Source: an uncultured Candidatus Saccharibacteria bacterium (GTDB lineage: Bacteria; Patescibacteriota; Minisyncoccia; Phycocordibacterales; UBA2100). Taken from it: a DNA stretch of 64,000 nucleotides. Made by a program: the position numbers and the translations under genes. The stretch lies in NCBI GenBank assembly GCA_964350885.1, contig CAYGKV010000001.1, positions 68,891 to 132,890 of the forward strand, written 5' to 3'. Below are positions 38,992 to 48,113 of the stretch, piece after piece; the stretch's first letter is position 1, and every line of letters starts with the position of its first letter. Below the pieces are notes generated by a model that was not told the origin of the DNA, made no database searches, and saw only the letters and a program-made list of their open reading frames with translations.

Positions 38992-39423
38992 CTAAAGGCT
39001 CACAACAACGAGCGTGATAGTTGCTTTTCCACCCCCTGCGGAGATCTTTATCGGATGCTCCCCTACCTGCTTGATCGGCTTCTCGAGCTGGATGGCAGCT
39101 TCTGGAATATTCACTTTCAAAAGTTTTGCGATGTCCGCAGTCGTTATTGATTTAAACAATCCGCCTTTTTCCGTAGCACGCACTTTTGTCTCAACACGCA
39201 AACCTTCGATGCTCTGTATCGCTGAGATCAGCGCCGCGTTCGCCCGTGCCTGCGCCTCCCCTTCCCTTTTGATGTTCGCCTCATGGGCAGCCACCTTTTC
39301 GGGTGTCGCCTGCACCGCGAGTCCGCGCGCGATCAAAAAATTGAGCGCATACCCATCTGCCACCTCTTTCATCGTGCCACGCTGCCCCACCTTCGCCACG
39401 TCTTTGAGTAAGATGACTCTCAT
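38992..39423 (-). CDS. rplI: 50S ribosomal protein L9
   Basis: MRVILLKDVAKVGQRG N-terminal signature. Confidence 0.85.
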   Translation of the reverse strand: MRVILLKDVAKVGQRGTMKEVADGYALNFLIARGLAVQATPEKVAAHEANIKREGEAQARANAALISAIQSIEGLRVETKVRATEKGGLFKSITTADIAKLLKVNIPEAAIQLEKPIKQVGEHPIKISAGGGKATITLVVVSL

Positions 39424-39433
39424 ACAGGCTACG

Positions 39434-40687
39434 CTACATGTTTTTCAAGACTTCGACAGCTTTGTCGAGTTGCACGTCTTTGTTTGCCTTCCGGTCGTCT
39501 TCGGTCGGCTCCACAAGCACGTCGGGGACAATCCCCTCTCGTGGAATTTGCATGCCATCAGGCCCGAGCCAGCGCGCGACGGTAATCTTGAGTGCCGTCT
39601 CCGGCGTTATCTCCACCAGCTCTTGCACCGAACCTTTGCCAAATGTATTCGCGCCAATGAGTTTCGCGCCCATGTGGTACCGGAGTGCGGCGGCAAGGAT
39701 TTCTGAGGCAGATGCCGAGCCGCGATCTACAAGAATGACGAGTTTGAGATTCTCGTTGAAAACATCATATCCGAGAGATCGATGTACGACGTTGCCGGTG
39801 TGACCCGCGTAGTCTTCCGTAACGATAATTTTCCCAGAAGGCAAAAACCAGCTCGCCATATTCACTGCCGCTTCCAAATATCCGCCAGGGTTCCCCCGCA
39901 TATCCAATATGAGTTTTGAGCTCCCTGATTCGACGAACTCTCGTAATGCCGATCGGAAGAGGTCAGGCGCATTTGCGGTAAAGGTGAGGAGTTCGACCAC
40001 AAAGATCCCGTCCGGGCGAAGTGTCGTTGAGATAGCTGGAACGTTAATGACATCGCGCGTAACCTTGATCTCTTTTGGCGATGACCAACCGGAGCGACTG
40101 ATAGTCAAAGTGACCTCACTCCCTTTTGGTCCACGAATCTTCTTCACTGCAGAACTCACGTCCATCCCCATTGTCGAGACTCCGTCAATTTTCAACACCA
40201 AATCTTGCGCTTGTAACCCCGCCCGTTCGGCTGGCGTCCCCTTGAGAGGCGAAACGACGGTGAGTACCATATCTCGCACCGCGATCTCCATACCAATACC
40301 CTCGAAGCTCCCGCTCATCTCCGTCACAAATTCTTCATTTTCGGCAGGCGGAAGAAAGTAGGTGTAGGGATCGTCGAGCGAAGACGCCAAGCCTCCGATC
40401 ATGCCCCATACGCGTTTCTCATTAATTTCTTCGGTGGATGTTGCAATGGGAGTGGAGGTCGCGACTGAGGCGGGAACAAACTTCTCATCCATAACGCTCC
40501 ACGCTTTCCACACCGCAGAGAAATCCACATCTGGCGGCGCATCAGGGCCAAGCGCGAGAGCGTCTGTACCAACCAACTGTGAATTGCCGACCAGAAAACC
40601 ACCCCCGAAAGCAACCGTGGTAAGTAAAAGACCTCCGGTCACGAGCGCGCGCGGGCGGAGCGATTCTTTCCAATCAATTGTAAGCAT
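39434..40687 (-). CDS. C-terminal processing (tail-specific) peptidase, S41 family, with PDZ domain
   Basis: PDZ region, S41 catalytic GNPGGYL...LVDRGSASASEI with Ser/Lys dyad context. Confidence 0.85.
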   Translation of the reverse strand: MLTIDWKESLRPRALVTGGLLLTTVAFGGGFLVGNSQLVGTDALALGPDAPPDVDFSAVWKAWSVMDEKFVPASVATSTPIATSTEEINEKRVWGMIGGLASSLDDPYTYFLPPAENEEFVTEMSGSFEGIGMEIAVRDMVLTVVSPLKGTPAERAGLQAQDLVLKIDGVSTMGMDVSSAVKKIRGPKGSEVTLTISRSGWSSPKEIKVTRDVINVPAISTTLRPDGIFVVELLTFTANAPDLFRSALREFVESGSSKLILDMRGNPGGYLEAAVNMASWFLPSGKIIVTEDYAGHTGNVVHRSLGYDVFNENLKLVILVDRGSASASEILAAALRYHMGAKLIGANTFGKGSVQELVEITPETALKITVARWLGPDGMQIPREGIVPDVLVEPTEDDRKANKDVQLDKAVEVLKNM

Positions 40688-40696
40688 GCGGGCAAT

Positions 40697-40886
40697 TATA
40701 GCCTAGCGAAGCGAGAGACGCGAGAGAAACACCAGTTTATTTCGTGTCCGAGCGAGCGACGGTTAAACGAGAGCAGCGAGTATAGCCTAGCGAAGAGAGA
40801 GAAGCGAGAATACATTCTCGCTTCCGAACGAGCGACGGATACACGAACGAAGTGAGTATTGCCTAGAGAAGCGAAGGAAGGAGTGG
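40697..40886. repeat. three imperfect ~76-84-nt tandem direct repeats in the ctp/antiporter intergenic region
   Basis: Units start at 40697, 40781 and 40857, each beginning TAT(A/T)GCCTAG(C/A)GAAG... and rich in GAGCGA/GAAGCGA. No identical repeat/spacer periodicity, so not a CRISPR array. Confidence 0.6.
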
Positions 40887-42596
40887 CTAGAGGACTTTAA
40901 GCGAAGGCTGCGGGTGTTCGTGGCCAATCGCGATACGTAGCTGTAAATGTTCGATGTGTTTTCCTCGCAAGGCATCATACTTGGTTTTGTCTTTTTTGAA
41001 TTTTACGATCAGCTCAGCCGCATGTTGCCCGCCGAGAAAATGCGGCAATATTACATAATCTATCCCCTCTGCATAGTGTGCGAGGGCATCAGCAACACGG
41101 TGGGCCACAACAACGACGATGACATTCGGGTTTGCTGCCTTTGCGGTTTTATAAATGAGGAGATTTGTCTCGTTGTCGGGTATGGTCGAGACCACAAGCT
41201 CGGTTTTCGAGAGATTAATCGTCTCAAGAAAACCCAAATCTGTTGCATCACCAAATTCAGCGGCCACTCCCCCTTCTGTAAGTGCTCGAGTAGTCTCTGG
41301 ATCATGATCTACAACGAGGAATTTCTCTCCCAAGTTCACGAATGACTCAAGAAAATCATAACCAACGCGATTGCAGCCGAAAAGAACGATTGCATACCCT
41401 TCGCGCCTCGTGCGCGGTTCGTGTGCGTCTGAACGTTCGAAGATTTTGAGCGCCGGCGCAAGCATCTTGTAAATCTGTTCGGAATACATGACGAGGTATG
41501 TAGAGCCGAAAATAGTGATAAGACCGACGAGCGTAACAAGTGAAAGTACTGATTGTTCGACATGCCCGAGCGAGAGAGCAAGTGCGACGAGGATAAGTGA
41601 AAACTCGCTAATCTGCGCGACGGTAACACCAGTCTGGAAACTTGTCTTTCTACGATAACCGAGAAGACCCATGATCGTCATAAGGATGATGGGGTTCCCG
41701 ATAAGCACGAGAGCAGAAAGCGCAACTGCCGCAGGAATGAGATTCGAGATGTCGCTGAATTGCATCTGCGAACCCAAGAATATGAAAAACATCACAATAA
41801 AGAAGTCGCGAAGCGGCACGAGTCGTGCACTTATCTCTAGTCGTGCCGGAAGCGAAGCGAGGGCGATACCGGCTATCAAAGCACCGCTTTCGAGCGAAAA
41901 TCCAAGAAATTGAAAGAGGGCCGCGATACCGACTCCCCACGCTATTGCAAAGAGGAGAAGAAATTCGTGAGATTCAGCTATGAACGTATTGGCGCGTGAA
42001 ATGAAAAAACGCGATGCGAGTATTACAAATGCAATAAGTACTGCACCGGAGAGAATAAATACTCCTACGGTGAGAATTGAGAGATCTCCCGAGGAAAACA
42101 ACGGTACACCCAAAAGCAGCATCACGGCGATAATATCTTGAACGAGAAGAAATCCGATAGCGATTTTCGCGTAGAGTACGTCGAGATCTCCCTTATCGGC
42201 TATGAGCTTCATTATTATTATGGTGCTTGAGAATGAGAGCGCGACAGCCATGTAGAAGGAGGCGAGCGGATCAAAACCAAGCGCGATGCACACGACATAC
42301 CCGACAAATGACGTGAACACTACTTGCCCGACTCCTGCGATGAGTGATACGCGCCCAAATTTTTGGATAATTTGCGGATTGAGATGAAGTCCGACTGTAA
42401 AGAGAAGGATCGCGATGCCTATTTCTCCGAGGAGCGCGAGTGTTTCCGCAGACTGTACAAGATTAAATGCGATGGGGCCTACGATGAGCCCTGTGAGGAT
42501 GTGCCCGATGATGAGAGGCTGACGCAAAAGGCGCATTATGACCGCGACGACGGCCGCTATCACGATGAGTATGCTGAGTTCGGCGAAGAGTTCCAT
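40887..42596 (-). CDS. monovalent cation:proton antiporter-2 (CPA2, KefB-like) with C-terminal RCK/TrkA-N domain
   Basis: 12-13 TM Na_H_exchanger-type domain plus Rossmann GxGxxG (VLFGCNRVGYDF). Confidence 0.8.
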   Translation of the reverse strand: MELFAELSILIVIAAVVAVIMRLLRQPLIIGHILTGLIVGPIAFNLVQSAETLALLGEIGIAILLFTVGLHLNPQIIQKFGRVSLIAGVGQVVFTSFVGYVVCIALGFDPLASFYMAVALSFSSTIIIMKLIADKGDLDVLYAKIAIGFLLVQDIIAVMLLLGVPLFSSGDLSILTVGVFILSGAVLIAFVILASRFFISRANTFIAESHEFLLLFAIAWGVGIAALFQFLGFSLESGALIAGIALASLPARLEISARLVPLRDFFIVMFFIFLGSQMQFSDISNLIPAAVALSALVLIGNPIILMTIMGLLGYRRKTSFQTGVTVAQISEFSLILVALALSLGHVEQSVLSLVTLVGLITIFGSTYLVMYSEQIYKMLAPALKIFERSDAHEPRTRREGYAIVLFGCNRVGYDFLESFVNLGEKFLVVDHDPETTRALTEGGVAAEFGDATDLGFLETINLSKTELVVSTIPDNETNLLIYKTAKAANPNVIVVVVAHRVADALAHYAEGIDYVILPHFLGGQHAAELIVKFKKDKTKYDALRGKHIEHLQLRIAIGHEHPQPSLKVL

Positions 42597-42689
42597 GCGC
42601 TGTGTCGTGTATCTTTATAATAATACCATAATAGTTTTCCTCTCTTTCCGCACTTGTAGTCTGCGATAATTGCGGTCATACTTGTCCGC

Positions 42690-44162
42690 ATGTGGTTCAG
42701 GCGATCAAAGGAATCTGCGCGAAAGAACTCCCCTCTCTTTTTTTCCAACACGCTCGGCGGTGCCAAAGAAGAGTTTCTACCGCCGATACATTGGAAAGAG
42801 GTGCGAATGTACAATTGCGGCCCGACGGTCTACGGTCGCCAACACATCGGTAATCTTTCCATGTTTGTCTTCACCGACGTTTTGCGTCGCACGCTTGAAT
42901 ACAACAACTTTTCGGTCAAGCAGGTCATAAATTTTACTGACTTCGGCCATCTCGTTTCGGACGGCGACGAGGGAGAGGATAAGATGACCAAAGGCCTCAA
43001 GCGCGACGGCCTTGCGCCCTCACTTGAAAACATGCGTGTCTTGGGTGAGAAGTACGCAAATATTTTTCTCGAAGACATCCGCGCCCTCAACGTACAGGTC
43101 GATCCGATCACCTTCCCTCGCGCGAGTGATTTTATCCCCCAGCAAATCGCGATGATTCAAACGCTCGGAGAAAAAGGATATACGTACACCACAAAATCCG
43201 GCGTATATTTTGACAGCACGCGATTCGCGAATTACGGCAAGCTCGGCAACATCAATCTCGAAGGACTGAAAGAAGGGGCCCGGGTCAAGGCAGAAGACAA
43301 ACGTACCCCAACCGACTTTTTGCTCTGGAAAACAAGCAAGAAAATCGGATGGGACAGCCCATGGGGCAAGGGCTTCCCTGGCTGGCATATAGAATGCTCC
43401 GCCATGATACGTGCGACACTCGGTATCCAAATCGACATCCACACCGGCGGAATCGAACACATTCCCATCCACCACAACAACGAAATAGCACAATCAGAGT
43501 GTGCGACCGGTAAACATCCATTTTCGCGATTCTGGCTTCACCGCGCGCACATCCAACTCGAGGGGGCGAAAATTGCAAAATCCGGCGGCAACGTTGTCTA
43601 TTTGTCAGATATTATCGAGCGTGGATTCCATCCTCTTTCATTACGCTACCTCTTATTGGGAGCCCACTATCGCACTCCCTCGAATTTCACGTGGGAAGCG
43701 CTCGGTGCCGCCCAGACAGCATACGCAAAACTTCTAGCTCTGCGCCTCTCCATGAAAGACGTTACACCTGGAGCACTGCCTGCGGCGTGGAAGACAAAGT
43801 TCGTGGAGAAAATCAACGACGACTTAGACACGCCAGGCGCACTTGCGGTCATATGGAGCATGACGCGCGACGAGACAATCCCCCCAGAAGAACTCCTCGC
43901 GATGCTCCTTGATGTGGACAGAGTGCTCGGTCTTAATATAAACGAGCCTGATGAGACTGCGCTCGCGCTTGCAGCGCGCGAGATCAAAAGCGAAGTAGCT
44001 ATCGAAGAAGTGCCCGAAAACATTCGGGCCTTACTCCAAGAACGCGAAGAAGCGCGGGCATCAAAAAACTGGCAGCGTGCAGATGAGATACGCGAAAAGA
44101 TCGCAAGCGAGGGATATTCGCTTGAAGATTCAGAAGGTATTTCGCGCGTCTATAAACTCTAA
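42690..44162 (+). CDS. cysS: cysteinyl-tRNA synthetase
   Basis: MYNCGPTVYGRQHIGN (HIGH), WHIECS zinc site, KIAKSGGN (KMSKS variant). True start may be an alternative codon slightly downstream of 42690. Confidence 0.9.
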   Translation: MWFRRSKESARKNSPLFFSNTLGGAKEEFLPPIHWKEVRMYNCGPTVYGRQHIGNLSMFVFTDVLRRTLEYNNFSVKQVINFTDFGHLVSDGDEGEDKMTKGLKRDGLAPSLENMRVLGEKYANIFLEDIRALNVQVDPITFPRASDFIPQQIAMIQTLGEKGYTYTTKSGVYFDSTRFANYGKLGNINLEGLKEGARVKAEDKRTPTDFLLWKTSKKIGWDSPWGKGFPGWHIECSAMIRATLGIQIDIHTGGIEHIPIHHNNEIAQSECATGKHPFSRFWLHRAHIQLEGAKIAKSGGNVVYLSDIIERGFHPLSLRYLLLGAHYRTPSNFTWEALGAAQTAYAKLLALRLSMKDVTPGALPAAWKTKFVEKINDDLDTPGALAVIWSMTRDETIPPEELLAMLLDVDRVLGLNINEPDETALALAAREIKSEVAIEEVPENIRALLQEREEARASKNWQRADEIREKIASEGYSLEDSEGISRVYKL

Positions 44163-44164
44163 CC

Positions 44165-47053
44165 TCACTCTTCTACAACGAAATTGACGAGTCGTCCCGG
44201 TACAACAATAGTACGGAGAATTTTTTTGTCTTCTAAACGTGCTTTAACCGCCTCTTTCGCAGCTCTTTCTACCGCTACCTTATCTGCGTTCGCCGCAACG
44301 CTTGTTTCTCCTCTTGTCTTGCCATTGATTTGTATTGCAATCGTGACAATCGACTCCTTGAGAAGCGCCTGGTCAAACGTCGGCCACAGCTCTTTGTGAA
44401 TTGATTTTTTCTTCCCGCTCGCTGCCCACAAGTCTTCTGCCATATGCGGCGCAAAAGGAGCCAAGATTTTCAGAAATGTTTCCCACTGATTTTTTCCGAT
44501 GTTCTTCTCTTTTTCGATTGCATTTAAGAGGATCATGAGCTGACTGATTGCCGTATTGAATTTCAGGGCGGCAATGTCTTCACCTACTTTTTTGATGGTT
44601 TTATGCAAGAGTCTTTCCATGTCGGGATTTCGTAAATCCCGAATATCGGGATTTACGAAATCCCGACATCTCCACAGCCGCTCCAAAAAACGCCGCACCC
44701 CCACTACCCCATCCGGATTCCATGGATAGCTCGATACTTCATTGTAGGGCCCAATAAATGCCAAATACATGCGCACGGTATCCGAGCCAAGCTTCGCAAC
44801 GACCTCATCTGGATCAATCACGTTGCCCTTAGATTTCGACATCTTCTGCCCATCCGGCCCCATGATGAGAGAACGATTCATTCTCCGGGTATAGGGCTCT
44901 TTGTCTTTCAAAAATCCAAGATCCGACATCGCTTTCTGCCAAAAGCGACTGTACAAGACGTGCATGGTTGTGTGTTCCGCTCCTCCTGAATACAAATCCA
45001 CTGGCATCCATGCGGCAAGTTTCTTTGCGTCTGCAAATTTCTTTTTATTTTTTGGATCCGTATATCGCATGAAATACCACGAAGAATCGACAAAAGTATC
45101 GAGAGTGTCAGTTTCTCTTTCTGCTTTTCCGCCACACGACGGACACTTCACATTCACCCACTTCGTAGCTTTCGCAAGCGGAGATTTGCCGCTTCCTTCA
45201 GGTAGGTAATCTTTTACCTCGGGAAGTTTGACTGGCAAGTCTTTGTCTTGTACCGCAACGGGCCCACACGTGGGGCAGTGGACAATCGGTATGGGCACAC
45301 CCCAGTAGCGTTGACGCGAGACGATCCAATCGCGAAGTTTGTATGTTGTTTTGCGGCGACCAAAACGTTCGATGATTTTCGGTAACGCTTCGTCACTCAT
45401 AAGACCAGAAAACTCTCCGGAATTCACGAGTATCCCCTCCCCCGTGTACGTCGTGGAAATGTGGTGTATTCGCTTCCATCCGATGCGGATGTCATCTCGA
45501 TTGATGAAGCGGTCCATTGCGTCTTTCGAAAGCCAGCTCACATCGTGACGAGAGCGCTCGTGCTCTGCCACTTCTTCTTGAGAATCATCTTCAAGTTGGA
45601 AAAGAAGCGGTGTAAAATGGACAGATCGATTCTGCTTCCCCTCAACGCTAAAATATTTGCCGTGTATCGCTCCTCCAAGCTCGCGCACAAATCGCGCGTT
45701 ACGGTAGCCAGTTTCCTCGCGTATCTCTCGTTTTCCCGCAGCTATCGCATCTTCCCCTTCTTCTATTCCTCCTGACACGCACTCGTTCACGTTTGAGGGC
45801 TTGTAGGTCACCGCGAGGTACTTGTCCTCAGACCAATGCTTCACGTAGGCGAGAACCGAATTGCGCTCTGTATATGACTTATCAGTATGAACAGCATCGA
45901 GCCCCGTCTCCTTGATAATTAACGGTTCAATGACTTCAGTAATCGTGATGCCGTATTTTTTTGCAAACACCCCATCACGATCATCGTGTGCAGGCACACC
46001 CATTACAGCTCCCGTGCCGTAGTGGCCAAGTACATAATCCGCAACATAGACCGGTATTTCCTTGCCAGTTGCCGGGTTAATAGCTTTCACCCCCTTCAAT
46101 TCAATACCCGTCTTGTCCTTCTGGTCTGTCTGACGCTCAAGATCCGTCTTCTTTTTCGCCCCTTCTATATACTTCTCAACTTCTTCCCAATTTTGAATTA
46201 CACTTTTGCCTTTTGCCTTTTGCCTTTTGACTTCTTGTATCCATGGGTGCTCAGGGGCGAGCACGAGGTACGTGGCACCGTATAGCGTGTCGGCGCGGGT
46301 AGTAAAAACCGTAACAATATCGTTCGAAACGCCCCCTTTCTCGGATTTCATTACAAAATCAATCTCCGCACCTTCGGAGCGGCCGATCCAATTGCGTTGC
46401 GATTCTTTTATTTGCTCAGGCCAATCGAGGGCGTCCAAATCGTCGATGAGTCTGTCCGCATAATCGGTAATTTTGATATTCCATTGGAGCATTTGCCTTT
46501 GCACAACCTCAGTGCCACAACGTTCGCATTTCCCAAGAACGACCTGCTCATTCGCCAATACTGTCTTACAGGAAGGGCACCAATTGACTGCTGTTTCTTT
46601 GCGATATACCAGACCTTTTTTAAAAAACTGGAGGAAGAGCCACTGCGTCCATTTATAGTACGCGGGATCACAGGTAACGACTTCTCGCGACCAGTCGAAA
46701 GAAGTGCCCATCGAGCGTATCTGCTTCTTCATGAACTCAATATTCTTGAGCGTCCACACACGTGGATTGATCTTATTTTTTATGGCCGCATTTTCGGCCG
46801 GTAGTCCAAATGCATCAAATCCTATGGGATACAAGACATTTTTCCCTTGCATGCGCATTGCGCGAGCGAGGATGTCGGGCACTGCGAAGGCATACCAGTG
46901 CCCCACGTGCAAATTACCTGATGGATACGGGAACTCCACGAGGAGATACAAGTTTTCTTTGCCTTTTACGAAATCCCGAGTCTTGTAGAGATGATTTTTG
47001 TCCCAAACCTTCTGCCACTTTTTCTCTATTTTCCTATGGTCATATCCACGCAT
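44165..47053 (-). CDS. leuS: leucyl-tRNA synthetase carrying an internal Nudix-hydrolase domain
   Basis: PYPSGNLHVGH, editing-domain TTRADTLYGAT and VPAHDDRD, KMSKS. A Nudix domain with a perfect Nudix box (GGIEEGEDAIAAGKREIREETGY) lies at aa ~395-525, between the editing domain and the LVNSGEF segment. Confidence 0.9.
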   Translation of the reverse strand: MRGYDHRKIEKKWQKVWDKNHLYKTRDFVKGKENLYLLVEFPYPSGNLHVGHWYAFAVPDILARAMRMQGKNVLYPIGFDAFGLPAENAAIKNKINPRVWTLKNIEFMKKQIRSMGTSFDWSREVVTCDPAYYKWTQWLFLQFFKKGLVYRKETAVNWCPSCKTVLANEQVVLGKCERCGTEVVQRQMLQWNIKITDYADRLIDDLDALDWPEQIKESQRNWIGRSEGAEIDFVMKSEKGGVSNDIVTVFTTRADTLYGATYLVLAPEHPWIQEVKRQKAKGKSVIQNWEEVEKYIEGAKKKTDLERQTDQKDKTGIELKGVKAINPATGKEIPVYVADYVLGHYGTGAVMGVPAHDDRDGVFAKKYGITITEVIEPLIIKETGLDAVHTDKSYTERNSVLAYVKHWSEDKYLAVTYKPSNVNECVSGGIEEGEDAIAAGKREIREETGYRNARFVRELGGAIHGKYFSVEGKQNRSVHFTPLLFQLEDDSQEEVAEHERSRHDVSWLSKDAMDRFINRDDIRIGWKRIHHISTTYTGEGILVNSGEFSGLMSDEALPKIIERFGRRKTTYKLRDWIVSRQRYWGVPIPIVHCPTCGPVAVQDKDLPVKLPEVKDYLPEGSGKSPLAKATKWVNVKCPSCGGKAERETDTLDTFVDSSWYFMRYTDPKNKKKFADAKKLAAWMPVDLYSGGAEHTTMHVLYSRFWQKAMSDLGFLKDKEPYTRRMNRSLIMGPDGQKMSKSKGNVIDPDEVVAKLGSDTVRMYLAFIGPYNEVSSYPWNPDGVVGVRRFLERLWRCRDFVNPDIRDLRNPDMERLLHKTIKKVGEDIAALKFNTAISQLMILLNAIEKEKNIGKNQWETFLKILAPFAPHMAEDLWAASGKKKSIHKELWPTFDQALLKESIVTIAIQINGKTRGETSVAANADKVAVERAAKEAVKARLEDKKILRTIVVPGRLVNFVVEE
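44619..44669. repeat. inverted pair of the 24-nt palindromic repeat (ATGTCGGGATTTCGTAAATCCCGA-ata-reverse complement) inside leuS coding sequence
   Basis: 51-nt near-perfect palindrome. In frame it encodes DFVNPDIRDLRNPDM in LeuRS. Same unit at 52503-52528 and 60762-60789. Confidence 0.7.
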
Positions 47054-47096
47054 GGAGACAGCCTAACATAAGGCCGCAAACCTCGAAAACTCCCTA

Positions 47097-48080
47097 TTAG
47101 AAGTTTTTTTGCTTGGAGAATGGAGGGTATCGTTCTGGATCTATAGTGCGTTCAAAGCAAGTCTCGCCAGCGCCATGCTGCCATGTGGATTGTTCGAGGA
47201 TCATCCCCTTCTCGGATGTCATACCAATAGGTTCTGCAGGCATAGGCGCGATCACCGGACGCGAAACGCCCATTGAACTTGGTCGCGTCTCTGCATTGAA
47301 TGTCGCGCAGAGCTTGAAGGAGAGGCTGCCAGTTGTCTGGTACGTGTACATTTCACCAGTTTGTGGGTCGAGAGGAATAATGACACCGCTGATCGGATCC
47401 TGAAGTTCCCCCAGTGTCGCAGGTAACACCTCTTTCTGCTGCCAGTAATTGACGATCTGATACTGAATGTTCGTGAGATCGTTGACTTTCTGATCGTCGA
47501 AACGGTACAAGCGAATCTGATTGGGTGAACCCATAATGAAGAACCCCGTCGCGATAGACGCGAAGACGACAAGTCCTGCACCCCACCCGATCATGCGTGC
47601 TCGCTCTGGGTACTGAATCCAGTAACCCCAGATGTCCGCAAGAAAGTGGAGAAGGCCGGCTCCCGCGACAAGCACAACGACGAGAACTTTCAGAATGAAG
47701 CGCATCGTAATCTCACCACCCAAGAAGAAATTGATGAGCGTGATGAGGGCCCCAGCGACTGCCGCGCCGGCAATGAATACGGTGAGATACAGCACCCATC
47801 GGCGAATCCAGAGATCGCGTTTCTCCGGTGTCCGGACGATGTCTTTGCGGACAAGACGAATCAAAAGGAGGAATAACGGAAAAAGCACGATGAGCGCCGC
47901 CATTTCGTATCGAATACTCGAAGAGTACGGATCCACGTAATAGTTCAACACGTCGGGAAACGCGTAGTTAATGTACTCGAAAAGTAGGTTGATAAGAGCG
48001 AATATGCTGATATAGAGCGCAACCATCGCCCCTGCCCAGAGGAAAAAATCCTTTGGTGTTACTTTTAGTTTAGTATCCAT
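47097..48080 (-). CDS. hypothetical polytopic membrane protein
   Basis: About 6 TM helices in the N-terminal 200 aa, soluble C-terminal domain. No recognisable motif. Confidence 0.45.
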   Translation of the reverse strand: MDTKLKVTPKDFFLWAGAMVALYISIFALINLLFEYINYAFPDVLNYYVDPYSSSIRYEMAALIVLFPLFLLLIRLVRKDIVRTPEKRDLWIRRWVLYLTVFIAGAAVAGALITLINFFLGGEITMRFILKVLVVVLVAGAGLLHFLADIWGYWIQYPERARMIGWGAGLVVFASIATGFFIMGSPNQIRLYRFDDQKVNDLTNIQYQIVNYWQQKEVLPATLGELQDPISGVIIPLDPQTGEMYTYQTTGSLSFKLCATFNAETRPSSMGVSRPVIAPMPAEPIGMTSEKGMILEQSTWQHGAGETCFERTIDPERYPPFSKQKNF

Positions 48081-48113
48081 ATCCCCGAAGTATACAACGT
48101 CGCCAAATCTGCG

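Noticed and set aside
40697-40886. Possible CRISPR array from repeated units near 40.7-40.9 kb
   Set aside because: Units are ~80 nt, mutually divergent, lack a fixed short repeat with unique spacers, and no cas genes are nearby. The Cas4-like gene is 38 kb away and has no cas1/cas2.
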